Source: Octopus sinensis
Lineage: Eukaryota
Length of the DNA stretch: 64,000 bases
NCBI RefSeq assembly: GCF_006345805.1
Contig: NC_042997.1
Location: forward strand, 90,272,001-90,336,000
Direction: 5' to 3'
The position numbers and the translations under genes were made by a program. Below are positions 11,804 to 24,160 of this stretch, piece after piece; positions within the stretch are counted from its first letter, which is position 1; each line of letters starts with the position of its first letter. The notes under the pieces were generated by a model. The model was given only the letters and a program-made list of their open reading frames with translations, made no database searches and was not told the origin of the DNA.

Positions 11804-12016
11804 TAGATATAGATATAGATATGTATATATATATAAATATATATATATATATTTCACGTAAACCCGAAGGACAGGAAGCAAACATGAACACGTCTTCCTG
11901 TTCCAGCTACAATGAGAGAAAGAAAGAAAGATGGCCGATGGTCACGTGGGAGCCACGTGAGCAAGTGATGAGGAGTGAGGAGTGAAGAGAGAGAGAGAGT
12001 GACAAAGTAATAGGAT
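10705..12016 (+). mobile_element. Repeat family X: partial tandem copies (10705-11030, about 11105-11725) with an inverted sub-copy (11886-12016); probably PLE-derived
   Basis: CTAGCTTGATTTACGCG..CACAACCTCGTTTA..GAAAGCGTATATT..CAACAACTGATGAAGGGTCGTTC occurs at about 10705 and 11385. 11244-11367 is inverted at 11886-12016. Same family at 35578-36410. The PLE assignment is inferred from architecture only. Confidence 0.7.
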
Positions 12017-12018
12017 CT

Positions 12019-12050
<32 letters not shown>

Positions 12051-12093
12051 ATATTATATATATATATTATATATATATAATATATATTAATAA

Positions 12094-12173
<80 letters not shown>

Positions 12174-12830
12174 CTTTATTTAAGCAGCAGAAAATTCAGC
12201 AAAATCGTTACCTGAGTTTTTCGTTGCCGTCATCAGACAGTTTTTGCTAGAATGGAACTGATATATCAATCAATCTATACTCTTAAACGCTACACCTTTA
12301 AAAAGAAATGGACTTGTTTGATTGGCCCTTAGAAAAACGGTCAATCTTCGAGCGATAAACAAAAAGGTCAAGATATATGTATATATATATAAAAACTTAT
12401 AAAAATTATATATAAAAACTTATAAAAATTATAAAATCCGAGGAAAAACCATTGTTAATGAAGACAGTGCAAATTAACGTCAAGGTTTTTCCTCGGATTT
12501 ATAAGTTTTATAAGTTTTTATATATAATTTTTATAAGTTTTTATATATATATACATATATCTTTGACCTTTTTGTTATCGCTCGAAGATTGACCGTTTTT
12601 TCTAAAGGCCAATCAAACAAGTCCATTTCTTTTTAAAGGTGTAGCGTTTGTAAGAGTATAGATTGAATTGATATATCAGTTCCATTCTAGCAAAACTGTC
12701 TGATGAACGGCAACGAGAAACTCAGAGTAACAGATTTTGTTGAATTTTCTGCTGCTTAAAATAAAGCATATTACTCTACCACTGGTATTTGAGTACTCTT
12801 TTTTTCCACCTTGTTTCACATTTATGTGTT
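12174..12830 (+). mobile_element. Fold-back mini-element (about 280-bp arms, 33-nt loop, extra 3' tail) in a (TA)n tract; PLE-type
   Basis: 12174-12450 is the reverse complement of 12484-12766. The + arm continues about 65 nt (CATATTACTCTACC...TACTCCGG) into (TA)n and contains a hammerhead motif. Confidence 0.85.
12690..12740 (+). ncRNA. Minimal hammerhead ribozyme motif (mirror copy on the minus strand at about 12200-12250)
   Basis: GCAAAACTGT-CTGATGA-ACGGCAACGA-GAAA-CTCAGAG-TA-ACAGATTTTGT: stem I CAAAACTGT/ACAGATTTTG, tiny stem II CG-gcaa-CG, palindromic stem III ACTC-A-GAGT, GTA triplet. The two arms disagree by indels in the core. Confidence 0.65.
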
Positions 12831-12835
12831 ACTCC

Positions 12836-12878
<43 letters not shown>

Positions 12879-13014
12879 GACGGGCTTCTTTCAGCTTCCT
12901 TCTACTAAATACACTACCGAGAATTTGGTCGGCCCATGTATTGAGTGTGTGTGAATGTGTGTGTATATTGAACAATATAGAAATAAACAGCAGCAGTAGT
13001 ACTATCATCATCAT

Positions 13015-13064
<50 letters not shown>

Positions 13065-13115
13065 TTATTATTATTATTATTATTATTAGTAGTAGTAGTA
13101 GTAGTTGTTGTATTA

Positions 13116-13146
<31 letters not shown>

Positions 13147-13179
13147 GGTAATGTGAAAAAGAGAGAAAGTAAAAGATAG

Positions 13180-13216
<37 letters not shown>

Positions 13217-13468
13217 CTATAAGAGACAGTAGATGCCGTGAAGAGAATAAAAAGAGATTGGTGTTACCAACAGTGTTGATCTCAACAGAGAACCTTCTCG
13301 TGTCGGTTCTAGAAATCTAAATATCGTCTTAAATAATCGAATTATGCCGAAAGGGTGTCGTTCTAAATCAGTGGTTTCTCTGTCTCTGGTTTTTCCTTTC
13401 CTTTTTTCTGTATTTTCTTTTTTTTTATTTACTATTTCTATTTTCCTCAAAATAAAAAAATACTTCTC

Positions 13469-13513
<45 letters not shown>

Positions 13514-13891
13514 TATTATTTATTTATTTATTTATTCATTTATTTTTGGTAAAGATAGATTCAGCCTACATCTGGGATAGACTTTGGGAAGAACAAGTGC
13601 CGAAGATGTATCGTTCTGAGAGGAAGACATGCCAATTTTCACACGAAAATGTCAGAAAATAGCATTCGTATTTTCGCAGAAAAATATTTCTTTTCTGAGA
13701 GATTGAATAGAGACAGAAGTCGTTTTGGCATTGTGTGTATGTATAGATGTACTTTTTACATGTATTTAAATCGGTATACGTATGTACACACGTACATACG
13801 TATGTATGTACATTTGTACGTATAAACGTATGCATACATACATACATACATACATACAACATAACAATATATATCATGCATACATGTATGT

Positions 13892-13935
<44 letters not shown>

Positions 13936-14043
13936 TATATATGAAAATATGTGTGTATGAAATCATTTTAATGTGTGTATGTTAGTGTGAGAACTGTTTC
14001 TGTGTGCTGAGCTCGTTATTACATAAACACACACACACAGATG

Positions 14044-14094
<51 letters not shown>

Positions 14095-14869
14095 TCACAA
14101 ACACACATTGTATAATGGCTAAAGTACTAGTAATACGTAAATGTTAACACGCAGGGAGTTACATATAAAGTTACATAAATATTCACAGATCCCACACAAA
14201 CAATGTATATATATATACACACTTATACTCAATATACACATACACACATACGTATATATAGCTAAGCATACACACTTAATATATACATATGTGCGTGTGT
14301 CGACTGTATGTATGCGTGTGTATGTGTGTATGTGTGCTTATAGAGAGTTAGAGAGAGAGGGAGAGAGAGAGGGGAAAGGGGAATGTTACGTAAAAAATTT
14401 ATATGAAGATACTTTTAAAAAACGATACGGGTGTCCGCTGAAGGATTTGCCACTTTGATATATCTATATGCTAGTCCAAGTTGCAGATGTGCCTGAGATG
14501 ATCTCGTTATTGCACACCGAATAACACTGTTGTAGACAATAGGAAGAATATATCAATAGAAACATACGTATATGCACGTACGCACGTACACACACGTATG
14601 CATTAATATATGCACATAAATATATTGATATTTTTATACATGCACGCATACATACATACATACATACATACATACATACATACATACATACCATGTTCAT
14701 GTTGAGATTTCAGTGAAGGTGTCTTGGATCTAGGTTAGAAACTGGCACTCCATTGGTAAGAAATCTTCAAATAAAACTAGGTACGTACGTACATACATAC
14801 ATACATACATACATACATACATACATACATAATACATACATACATACATACATTCATACAAACATATAG

Positions 14870-15260
14870 AAGAACATGGTGGAACACTCCAATAAATATA
14901 TCAATTTGATGCAAACATAACAGACCTGACAGTCTTCGGTAGGACAAGGAACCAAATCATAAACTGTTGTAGAAGTTAGCAGCCCAGTTGATGTGAATGT
15001 AGAATCAAAAGTGTAGGAAAAAGAGAACATTTATGGCGAAATAATGCGTAACTTAAAGCTTTGTACCCTGATTATAAATTCTTATTTGTAGCTATCATCG
15101 TAAGTGCATTAGGTTATGCAACAGCAAATTTACACAAAAACCTAGGAATACTTGATTTCACGGAAAAAGAGCAAAAGAAACTGACTTAGATTCTTCAAAT
15201 CCAATCTATTAGTGGTAGAATGAAGATTTGTAAGACATTTCAAAAAATTCTCCATCTGAG
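14870..15260 (+). pseudogene. R4/Dong-like non-LTR retrotransposon, restriction-like endonuclease C-terminus
   Basis: WWNTPI..HNRPD..VVEVSSPVDVNVESKV*EKENIYGEIMRNLK/LYPDYKFLFVAIIVSALG..LQIQSISGRMKICKTF: PD-(D/E)xK RLE signature, with stops and frameshifts. Confidence 0.75.
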
Positions 15261-15404
15261 ATTTTTATGTGAATAGATGCGCACACTTGGGTGTATGCAT
15301 CAACAGTTCAATCAACACATCAACACAACCACATATTTAAGAACACCGGGAACCCTCTTAGATAATGACATACATGCATACATGCATACATTCATTCATA
15401 CAAA

Positions 15405-15557
15405 CATATAGAAGAACAAAGAATACTGGTGGAATACGCCAATAAAAATATCAATTTGTAGCAGACATAACAGACCCACCAGTGTTCTGTGGGACAGGGA
15501 ACAAAATCATACACTATTGTAGAAGTCAGCAGCCCAGTTGATGTGAAAGTAGAATCT
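15405..15557 (+). pseudogene. Second, diverged partial copy of the same R4/Dong RLE segment
   Basis: EYWWNTPI..IVEVSSPVDVKVES; direct repeat of 14860-15005, including the upstream CATACAAACATATAGAAGAACA. Confidence 0.7.
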
Positions 15558-16887
15558 TGTCACTTTGTTAGCGACCGGTTTGATCTCTCTCAAGAACTTA
15601 AATCAAATATACATACATGCTTATACATTTATCTATATACTCATATATTTCTATGCACGTGTGCTTATGTATGTGTTTGTGTGTATGTGTGTATATCTGT
15701 GTGTGTGTGTGTGTTTTCAAGTTCACAATCTTATAAGTTCTACTTATAGAGTCTCTCTTTATATAATTTGTTTTGAGGTTAGAATTCAAGGCGATATACA
15801 TATATGTAGATATACATGTGTATTTTTCTATTATACAGCTTAGACAAAGGAAGAAGAGTCAGGCTCATGACATTTTCCAAGACTGGTGGTGGTGGTGGTG
15901 GTGGTGGTTAAAATAACGAACAAAGAGCAGCTCATTTTTGCTGGAAAAGCAGCGTATAAAGCAGCGTATCAAGAATTTCAATTATCTTAGACGGAGAGCT
16001 ATTCCACATACATAAATAAGAATGTTCGAGGCTAAAGGTAACTAAAGAGTGATATCGTAGTTGAAAGAAACATCAGAGATACTTTACCACAAATAGAAAC
16101 TGCAGGAGCTTCTTAAAGATGTTGAAAGTCCTTTTTCTTGATGTTGAAATAAAGCTGTCGCATTATTGGGAGCTATTTTGTATCTCAAGCAAATCATTAG
16201 CGTTTCGCTCCTTTGCTTGCATGCTTTATCTGTGTGGGGCAACAGGGACTGATTTAGGTCTCATCTACGGATGGGGTCCACCTGCAGTCTCTTGTCAATC
16301 ATGCCCACCTCCAACTGGTTTTGTGTCAGCTGCGACGATTTCTTTCGATGGTTACCTTCACATGTCTGGGTTTCAAACCGATGATCTAACGCAAGAAATA
16401 TGCGCGCGCACACACAAACAAATACGCGGATGCATGCACACACAAACTCATAAACATATGTGTATACACTTACATACATACACACAAATTCATATATATA
16501 TTATATATATATACATCATATATAAATATATGTGTGTGTGTATACATATATAAACACATACACACACATACATATCAACAAAAATGAAGTAAGAGAAATA
16601 TCTCAGAGGCCAGTGGCATGTATTTGAACAACATAGACAAATCCAGGCATATCAAATACTATACAACATTAATTCCTGATTCATCAAAAGTTATCTCCGC
16701 CTGTAGAGGATGTATCATAATTATCTATCGGTAATTATGGCCCACTCTACTTGAGAAGGGAAGATAATCTCATTTTTTAAGAATTTCTCCTAAGCTGACA
16801 TACCATTTAAGGAAAAGGACAGGCAACGACACTCCTTTTTCTATTAGTCAAACTCCTCTGGCTATTGGAAATAAGGTCGGATAATTG

Positions 16888-16925
<38 letters not shown>

Positions 16926-17134
16926 GTTAAAAAAAAAAAAACAAACTGGGACAAGAACGTGAAACATTTTGAAGACGACAAAAAAACACACACAGACGGG
17001 ACTTTCGAAGCTCTCAGTCATCAGTCAAGAACCAGATCATCTTCGCAATTTCGGCTGATTAATCTTGAGATTGCTCCAATCTGGGCAGCCCGCCAAGGGA
17101 AATCTAAGCCAGTCGCATTAGATTCCTTGGAAGA

Positions 17135-17230
<96 letters not shown>

Positions 17231-17497
17231 ATAAACACATACATGTATGTATATATATCGTTGTTATTATGCAAAAGTGCCATAAGTCCAAAACGTTGCT
17301 GTTTCAGAAAACGAAATATTAGTTTCACCATTCCATAGCAAAACCGTTGTAGTACACTTTGACAATTTTGAGATCCGAAGTAGCTGGAGATACAATAGTT
17401 TGACCAAACGAACCAGCTATTGAAAAGAAAAGAAAAACGCATTTGGCCAAATTTGGACATAAGACAGTTTAACATAATAGCAACGATATATATATAT

Positions 17498-17539
<42 letters not shown>

Positions 17540-17562
<23 letters not shown>

Positions 17563-17680
17563 GAATTTACAAAAAAACCCCACAAAAGACGAAGACGGGT
17601 GTGTAAACAACAAACAGATGTATTAGTTTAACGCTCGGTAAGTGAGAAAGTCTTTTACGTTTCGAGCCTACGCTCTTCGT
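17540..17680 (-). mobile_element. PLE-like 3' terminus with a truncated hammerhead motif, running into (TA)n
   Basis: Minus strand reads (C)GAAGA-GC-GTAG-GCTC-GAAA-CG-TA-AAAGAC: stem II GAGC/GCTC and palindromic AACGT; the 5' core and stem I strand are missing. Confidence 0.5.
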
Positions 17681-19874
17681 GCTCTTACAAACCATACTGC
17701 TTCTGTTGTTGTCAATGTGGTTGTTTTTGGAGTTGTTGGTAGCGTTGTTGTGTCATTGCTACAAAATTAACCATTACTGAAACCCACCTGATGCGCTTGT
17801 CTTTCATCCCAAAGTGTTTTTCTTTTAAATTTTGCTGTCTGAACTTTATCTCGATCCTGCATAAAGCACCCAATTCGTTCCTTCCTGCACAACTACAATT
17901 CCTTGGAACTCACTGGGACTCCCCGTTGCACCATATTGTTGAAAGTTTTCTGTTTGAGTTTCAACCCGTGAAACTTCGAACTGAGCATTAAATGCACAAT
18001 GAAGCACAAGATTTCTCTGTTCAGGAGACGCTTGCCACGAAGTTTGCCACTTGAAGCAAGTTGATCTTGGCTCATGTTATGTTGAGCGTGCCACTGCAGA
18101 CTGATTTTATTTAATCTTGTCTTGCTGAAGTCACCAGCTTTCTTAACTCTGCCAGTATACGAATCTTTTACTTATACAATTCTAGTTCTGAAAATCTCTT
18201 CATCCTATTACAAGGATGGGAGGGTTACAATTTTTGTGGTTCTTTGATTCCTTTCGTAAATATGTTCACTGTGTGGTTAAGAAGCTTCTTTTGCAACTAT
18301 GTGGTTCCTAATTCAGTTTAACTGCGCGGTATTTTGAGGAAGTGTCCTGTACTATAGACATGGGCCGACCAATGCCTTGTGGATGAATTTGGTTGATGGA
18401 AACTGTGTAGAAGCCCGTCGTATGTGTGTGTGTGTGTTTGTGCTTGTTCTGCATCACCACCACCTGTTGAGATCCGGTACTGGTATGTTAATCTTTTTTC
18501 ACTATTTTCGTGGATTTCCATGACTCTGTCGCTATCCGATTCCCTTATTATGAATTTGAATTGGGAGCTTGAGTCATAGTGGATCTTTCATTGGCTGATT
18601 ACACAGTCGTCACTCCGTTAGGTATTTTCAAAATACCCGTATACATATGTTTACGTCTTCGTAACTAACCTGTTCGGCACAAGAGACCGATAAAATAAGT
18701 ACCAGACTTTGAAAAATAAGTCCTGGAATCGATTTGTTCGACTAAACCCTTTAAGGAGGTGCCCAGCATGTCTGCAGTCCAATGACTGAAACAAGTAAAC
18801 GATAAAAGATTAAAGATTAAAAGAAACCTCAGCATTTCTAAATAGCTAAGCGTGATGCCCACAGGAGAACAGAAACAATACCGTACCGTAAGTAGGATTA
18901 GAACTTGAAATGTCTTCTCGAAATATCGGCATCTACTAAGCATCTCAATTTTTTAGTAGCTTAGTAGCTAGGTTCTTTAGTTTCATCACCTCCAGACAAA
19001 GAAGTGGCTTCACTCTCTGATTTAGCAACGTGGTTGTCGTGATCTGGATTGTAGCACCACATGGTAATTACATGACCTGAAAGAAGCAGACGTTTTGTGT
19101 TATCTCTGTGTATTAGACTTGAACAATTACGTTCTGAGGATGGCTCTCGTCTTAATTAATAAAACTTAGAATCCTTCACAATATCGTTGAAACTTTATCC
19201 AATCTCACCGACCCATTCTGTATGGTCAAATTGTAGATATTTGAGCTGATAACACGTCCTTTCTTTCTTTTTATTTTGCTTGTGATCGATCTTTCTAAAA
19301 GCAGATCGGCACTGTTCTTGAACATTATCCCTCCAGTTAGTAAGTCGACTTTTATTTAGCTGCTACTAGTGAGACTAGCTTTTACTAATGGCACTAATCA
19401 AAAGCTCTTCCTAACACTAATTGGTAATGGAGGGAGTGGGACAGAAGATATGTCACTAATGGTCAATTGGTAGCTTATTAATAACTAGTCGTTTTGTATC
19501 TGCTGGATGATGAATCAGGGAATCTCTTTTGGGACTAATTTGACCCCAAAATCTCCATACATAACTGAAAAGTCGTTGCTACAAAACTCCACTACTACAC
19601 TTGCAGTTCAACCCCAACCATCACCCTAGCATACAATCTACTCTCCACCACTTTTAGTCTCGTACTAATCAAAGCCCAGTATATAACCCCCATTCTCTCT
19701 ATTACCACCACCTCTGTATTTGCTTGTAGTAGCTACTAAGAATTTTTCCTCGTACTTGCATCCATCACGATTAACAGTGCAATTCTTATAGACATCTGTC
19801 TCTCACCTCCACTAATAACTAAACGTACTATCCTCTACTCATGATATTCTCTACTGCTACTAGTATTTGCATGG

Positions 19875-20060
19875 TACAGGCAAGCTGGCAGAATCGGTAG
19901 CACGTCGGACAAAATGCTTAGTGGCATTTCGTCCGTTTTTACGTACCGAGTTCAAATTCCATCGAGTTCGACTTTGTCTTTCATCCTTCGGGGTTGATGA
20001 AATATGTACCAGTTGAGTACCGGGGGTCAATGTCATTGACTAGGCTTCTTCCCCCAAATT
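19875..20060 (+). mobile_element. SINE family B
   Basis: AGGCAAGCTGGCAGAATCGGTAGCACG..GAGTTCAAATTCC..GACTTTGTCTTTCATCCTTCGGGGTTGATGAAAT..GTACCAG. Confidence 0.75.
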
Positions 20061-20124
20061 TCAGACCGTCTGCTTATGGTAGAAATGATTACACACGCAA
20101 CAATCACAACTCACCTATCAACCC

Positions 20125-20185
<61 letters not shown>

Positions 20186-21187
20186 TTTACTTACTTACTG
20201 TACCTACCAACCTACCTACCTACCTACCAGCCTACCTACCTATCTACCAACCAACCTATTTATTTATCCTCCTACCCCTACCACTACTAACAAGAGAGCT
20301 TGCAATGCTAGCCACCTACCATCTCTCTTCATAAATACTAGCACTACAACAATACCAAATACCCATCTACCCTCCACCAGCATCACCACCACCACAACCA
20401 CTTCCGACTGCACTAACCACACAAATAATCTCTTGTCTCCTTCCTTATACACTTATTTGTTCCTCCACGTGCAGCCCTTGCCCATCAATCCATCAGTCTT
20501 AGGTAAAGCTAATATGGTTTCAAGGATATCTGAGTCCCTGCCAGCTCTGCTTGAAATAATTCTGTAAATTTTGGTGTCCATAGCTAATTACCAGTTTCAT
20601 TCCACAATACTAGCACCATTAAATTCTCTAGTGACCATTCTTATATTTCGTTTGGTCAATGATCAACAATGTTAGTATATAGTGGCCAAATTCTAAAGAC
20701 TTTTACGCACCAACAGCACTCTACAGACAATACATTCACTAAACTTGTTTCATTCTTTTGAGACAGTAAGGTTTTTAGTATGCTCAATATGAAGCAAATA
20801 TACATGAAAGACTTCTTTATTGCTTAGTTGCTGGACTTTCTACTGTAAGCCTGTCAAAGGAGTTTAGTAAATTATTATCTAAGGGAATGGATCCTTTTCT
20901 TTCAGAATACCTGATTTCTTCATTAGCAATTTAGTAGAGCTATTTTATTATTTCTTATGAACTGTCGTCTCTCATAGCTACTTTCTTTGGTAATTAATAC
21001 AAATTTACTAGCATTAATCTAGACTAACATTCCATATTTTTTACGCGTGACTGTACAGTGGAAAAATTATGGAGCTACACATTTACAAGGATTTTTTTTC
21101 TTTAGCAAAACAGCTTTTCATATATCCATCTTGTTCAAATTTCCATACCGAGTTCATTTTGAGAGGCAGTATTCCTGCTCTAATCCT

Positions 21188-21189
21188 CA

Positions 21190-21223
<34 letters not shown>

Positions 21224-21432
21224 CATACATAATACATACATACATAATACATACATACATACATACATACATACATACATACTACATACATACATACATA
21301 CTACATACATACATACAACATACATACATACATACATACATACATACATACATACATACATACATACATACATACATACATACATACATACATACATACA
21401 CACACACACATACATTCATATAGATAGATAGA
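21188..21432. repeat. (TACA)n microsatellite
   Basis: Direct reading; other TATG/TACA blocks at about 4505-4582, 11728-11795, 42866-42960 and 60022-60135. Confidence 0.95.
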
Positions 21433-22344
21433 TAGATTGCTTATAATTAGTTAGTAATTAGTGAAAATGCTTTGGATATACTTTAATAGTACTGGGATGT
21501 TTTTTTCTAGTTTTGGTGTTTCTGTAATTACCGCAAAGTTTATTACGACTGAACCTATCATACACAAGCAACAGTTCAACGAATGAACAGAATACGTTCT
21601 GGAATTTCATCAGACTAAAAGAGGAAGTTTAAAGTGTTCAAAGTGGAATGGTAAAGAATAAATATAATTTCACAATTAGTATCTCCATTTTCTCTTAATC
21701 TTTATAAATTTAGTTGTATGCGAATGGTATTCCGTGTAAGATTGTTAGCATAGAAGAGTGTTTGACATAAGCGGAACATTTGTAGGGAGAATGTCTTCAT
21801 TGGATTTTTCTTTGGCCGATTCATTTTCTGTTAGTTGATAGGGTCTGTTTACTTGACTTTTCATTGCCAGAGGTATTCTGTTCTGGGTGATCAACGTACT
21901 AACGTATAATCAACGTTGTGTGACTAATTTCCATTATTTTTCATTAACAAATAAAACACGCAATAGAAGGGTCCTACTCAAGAGAAATTCAGTTTTATAA
22001 GACAGCACTACTTAACATGGTTAACATCACGACACTCTGCTATCCCGAGGGTATAATAGGCTGAACATAGAAGCTATTGTTTTATTGCAGCTAAAAGTTG
22101 CACGCAGTCATATGCTATATTAAAAAAAATATTAGCCACACATTTGACATAACACCATTTATTTTAGTTAACTACTTTTTCCTTTTACTCTTTATCCTCT
22201 CATGTATTCTCTCCCAAAACTTCTTTCGCACTTTCTTAATTATCACCTACCTATTTGTATTTTTTCTGGTATTTCTTCAAATGATAGAAACTTGTGAATG
22301 CCATGGCTACTATCTCTTTTTTTGGAAAAAGAACACTTGATTTT

Positions 22345-22697
22345 AAAACATTTGTTGTTGAAACCCCCTTCGGCCATGACTGACCGTTGGGATTGCACCT
22401 AGAAAGTTACCCTCCCAGACACAAGTCCGGGCAAGGTTGTTAATGGAAGACTAGCAGTCGCCCATGCATTCCAGCCTCCCCTCTCCACGCCACCAGTTTT
22501 ATCCAAGGGAAAGGCAAAGGGGCCGATACAGCTTGACACCTGTGACGTCGCAACTAATTTCTACAGCTGAGTGAACTGGAGCAACGTGAAATAAAGTGAT
22601 TTGCTCAAAAACTCAACACGCAGCCCGGTCCGGGATTCGAACTCACAACCTCACGCTCGTAAGCTCGACGCTCTCACCACTGAGCCGTGTGCCCTCA
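22345..22697 (-). mobile_element. Near full-length CORE-like SINE (family D)
   Basis: Minus strand shows A box GGCTCAGTGGTGAG, B box GAGTTCGAATCCC, CORE-like TTGAGCAAATCACTTTATTTCACGTTGCTCCAG, and a tail like that at 293-570. Confidence 0.8.
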
Positions 22698-24046
22698 CAT
22701 TAAAGCATTTATTCAAGATATATAGTATAAGAACATCGGGTCTTTTGTTTCTGTCAGAGATTGTATCAGGAGCTAAAGTAAAATATAGCAATAATGGCTA
22801 ACAAAGTCGAAAAACCATCGTGTCTGCTTCAATGACTTTTAAAGAATAGAACAACTGAAAAGCGAAATGTGACAGAGCGCTAACTGAATCGAATAATATT
22901 TACATACAGTCTCTACGTTTTCGACCAGCCGTTTCGATATCTCACAGGTCTAACCCAGCTCCAGGGGAGATTAGCAGGGTTATTCTACTGTAGTAACAAC
23001 AGCAACAATAATAATTGCAACAACGAGTTAATTAAACCTCTTTGTGGTCGTTAATCCTTCTAGAAATGACAAAGTTTCCCTCAGATCTTCGCCCAAGTAT
23101 CTTAAACAAGCAAAGACATATTGAATAATTCTGGGATGGTTACGGTTGAAACGTCTTTGATCATATGTATACTGTATACTTGATCAGCTTTGACATGAGG
23201 CTAAACAACTACGACTATTACATCATAACCAACAATAATAACGATAGCATTTGAAACCAAGTATATCCAAATTTCATCGTCAACACCTTGACAGTTCATC
23301 GACAACAAATAGAAGTATGGCCAAATGGTAGAACTTTTGGATAACAAGTATGTTAGATAACAAAAAGTCCGATCATATTTAATATTCTCACCACAAATTT
23401 CCTTCATGTAAAATGACTGGCAGCGAAATAATTAATACATGAACGTAATGTATAATTTACATTGTGTTGTATTTAATTTGGTTCTACATCAATAAAACAC
23501 ATGGAAGATCAATAGCTCTTTACTCATATTTGAAATTCTTTTCAAATTTTCGTTCAATTTTGAAGGAAAATCTCAAACATTTTTGATCACTTTTTGTTTT
23601 CTTTGCTATGTTGATAACAAAGCATTCGTCACCATCATGCCATCAAAATACAGAGCAAAAATGTAGAGAAGTATGTAAGAGAAGCATTTTTCAAGTGACA
23701 TAATACGATAGTTTTGTAGAAAGAAAAATGTTGTATTGTATAACATATTAGAGGGGGAAATTATTTTGTTGAAGTTTGTTGAATCAATGAAAACGAAGTT
23801 ACGTGCTTGGAAAGTCAAAAATCTATATACATGCAGAGCGGATCATTGCTGAAAAATAATTGGCCAAAGATTAAGAATACAAATATGATGTAACAATAAA
23901 AAGATAGGAAAAATATTCTACTATAATATGAAGAGATTGAGAAAAGATAAAAGAAAGACATGGACGTAACGAAATCTCGATGTAGAATACGAAATCAGGG
24001 AGTAAGAAATAAACTCGATGAACTAAATGACATTTTGGTAATAATG

Positions 24047-24095
<49 letters not shown>

Positions 24096-24105
24096 CAACA
24101 ACAAC

Positions 24106-24160
<55 letters not shown>

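Noticed and set aside
16119-16553. 144-aa + strand ORF and the overlapping minus-strand ORF
   Set aside because: No recognisable domain, the 3' third is microsatellite, and there is no convincing splice pair.
17790-18170. Possible Gypsy gag knuckle/protease relic (CFK..GK..VASV; FQQYGATGS) on the minus strand
   Set aside because: Needs several assumed frameshifts and substitutions; not supportable without a profile search.
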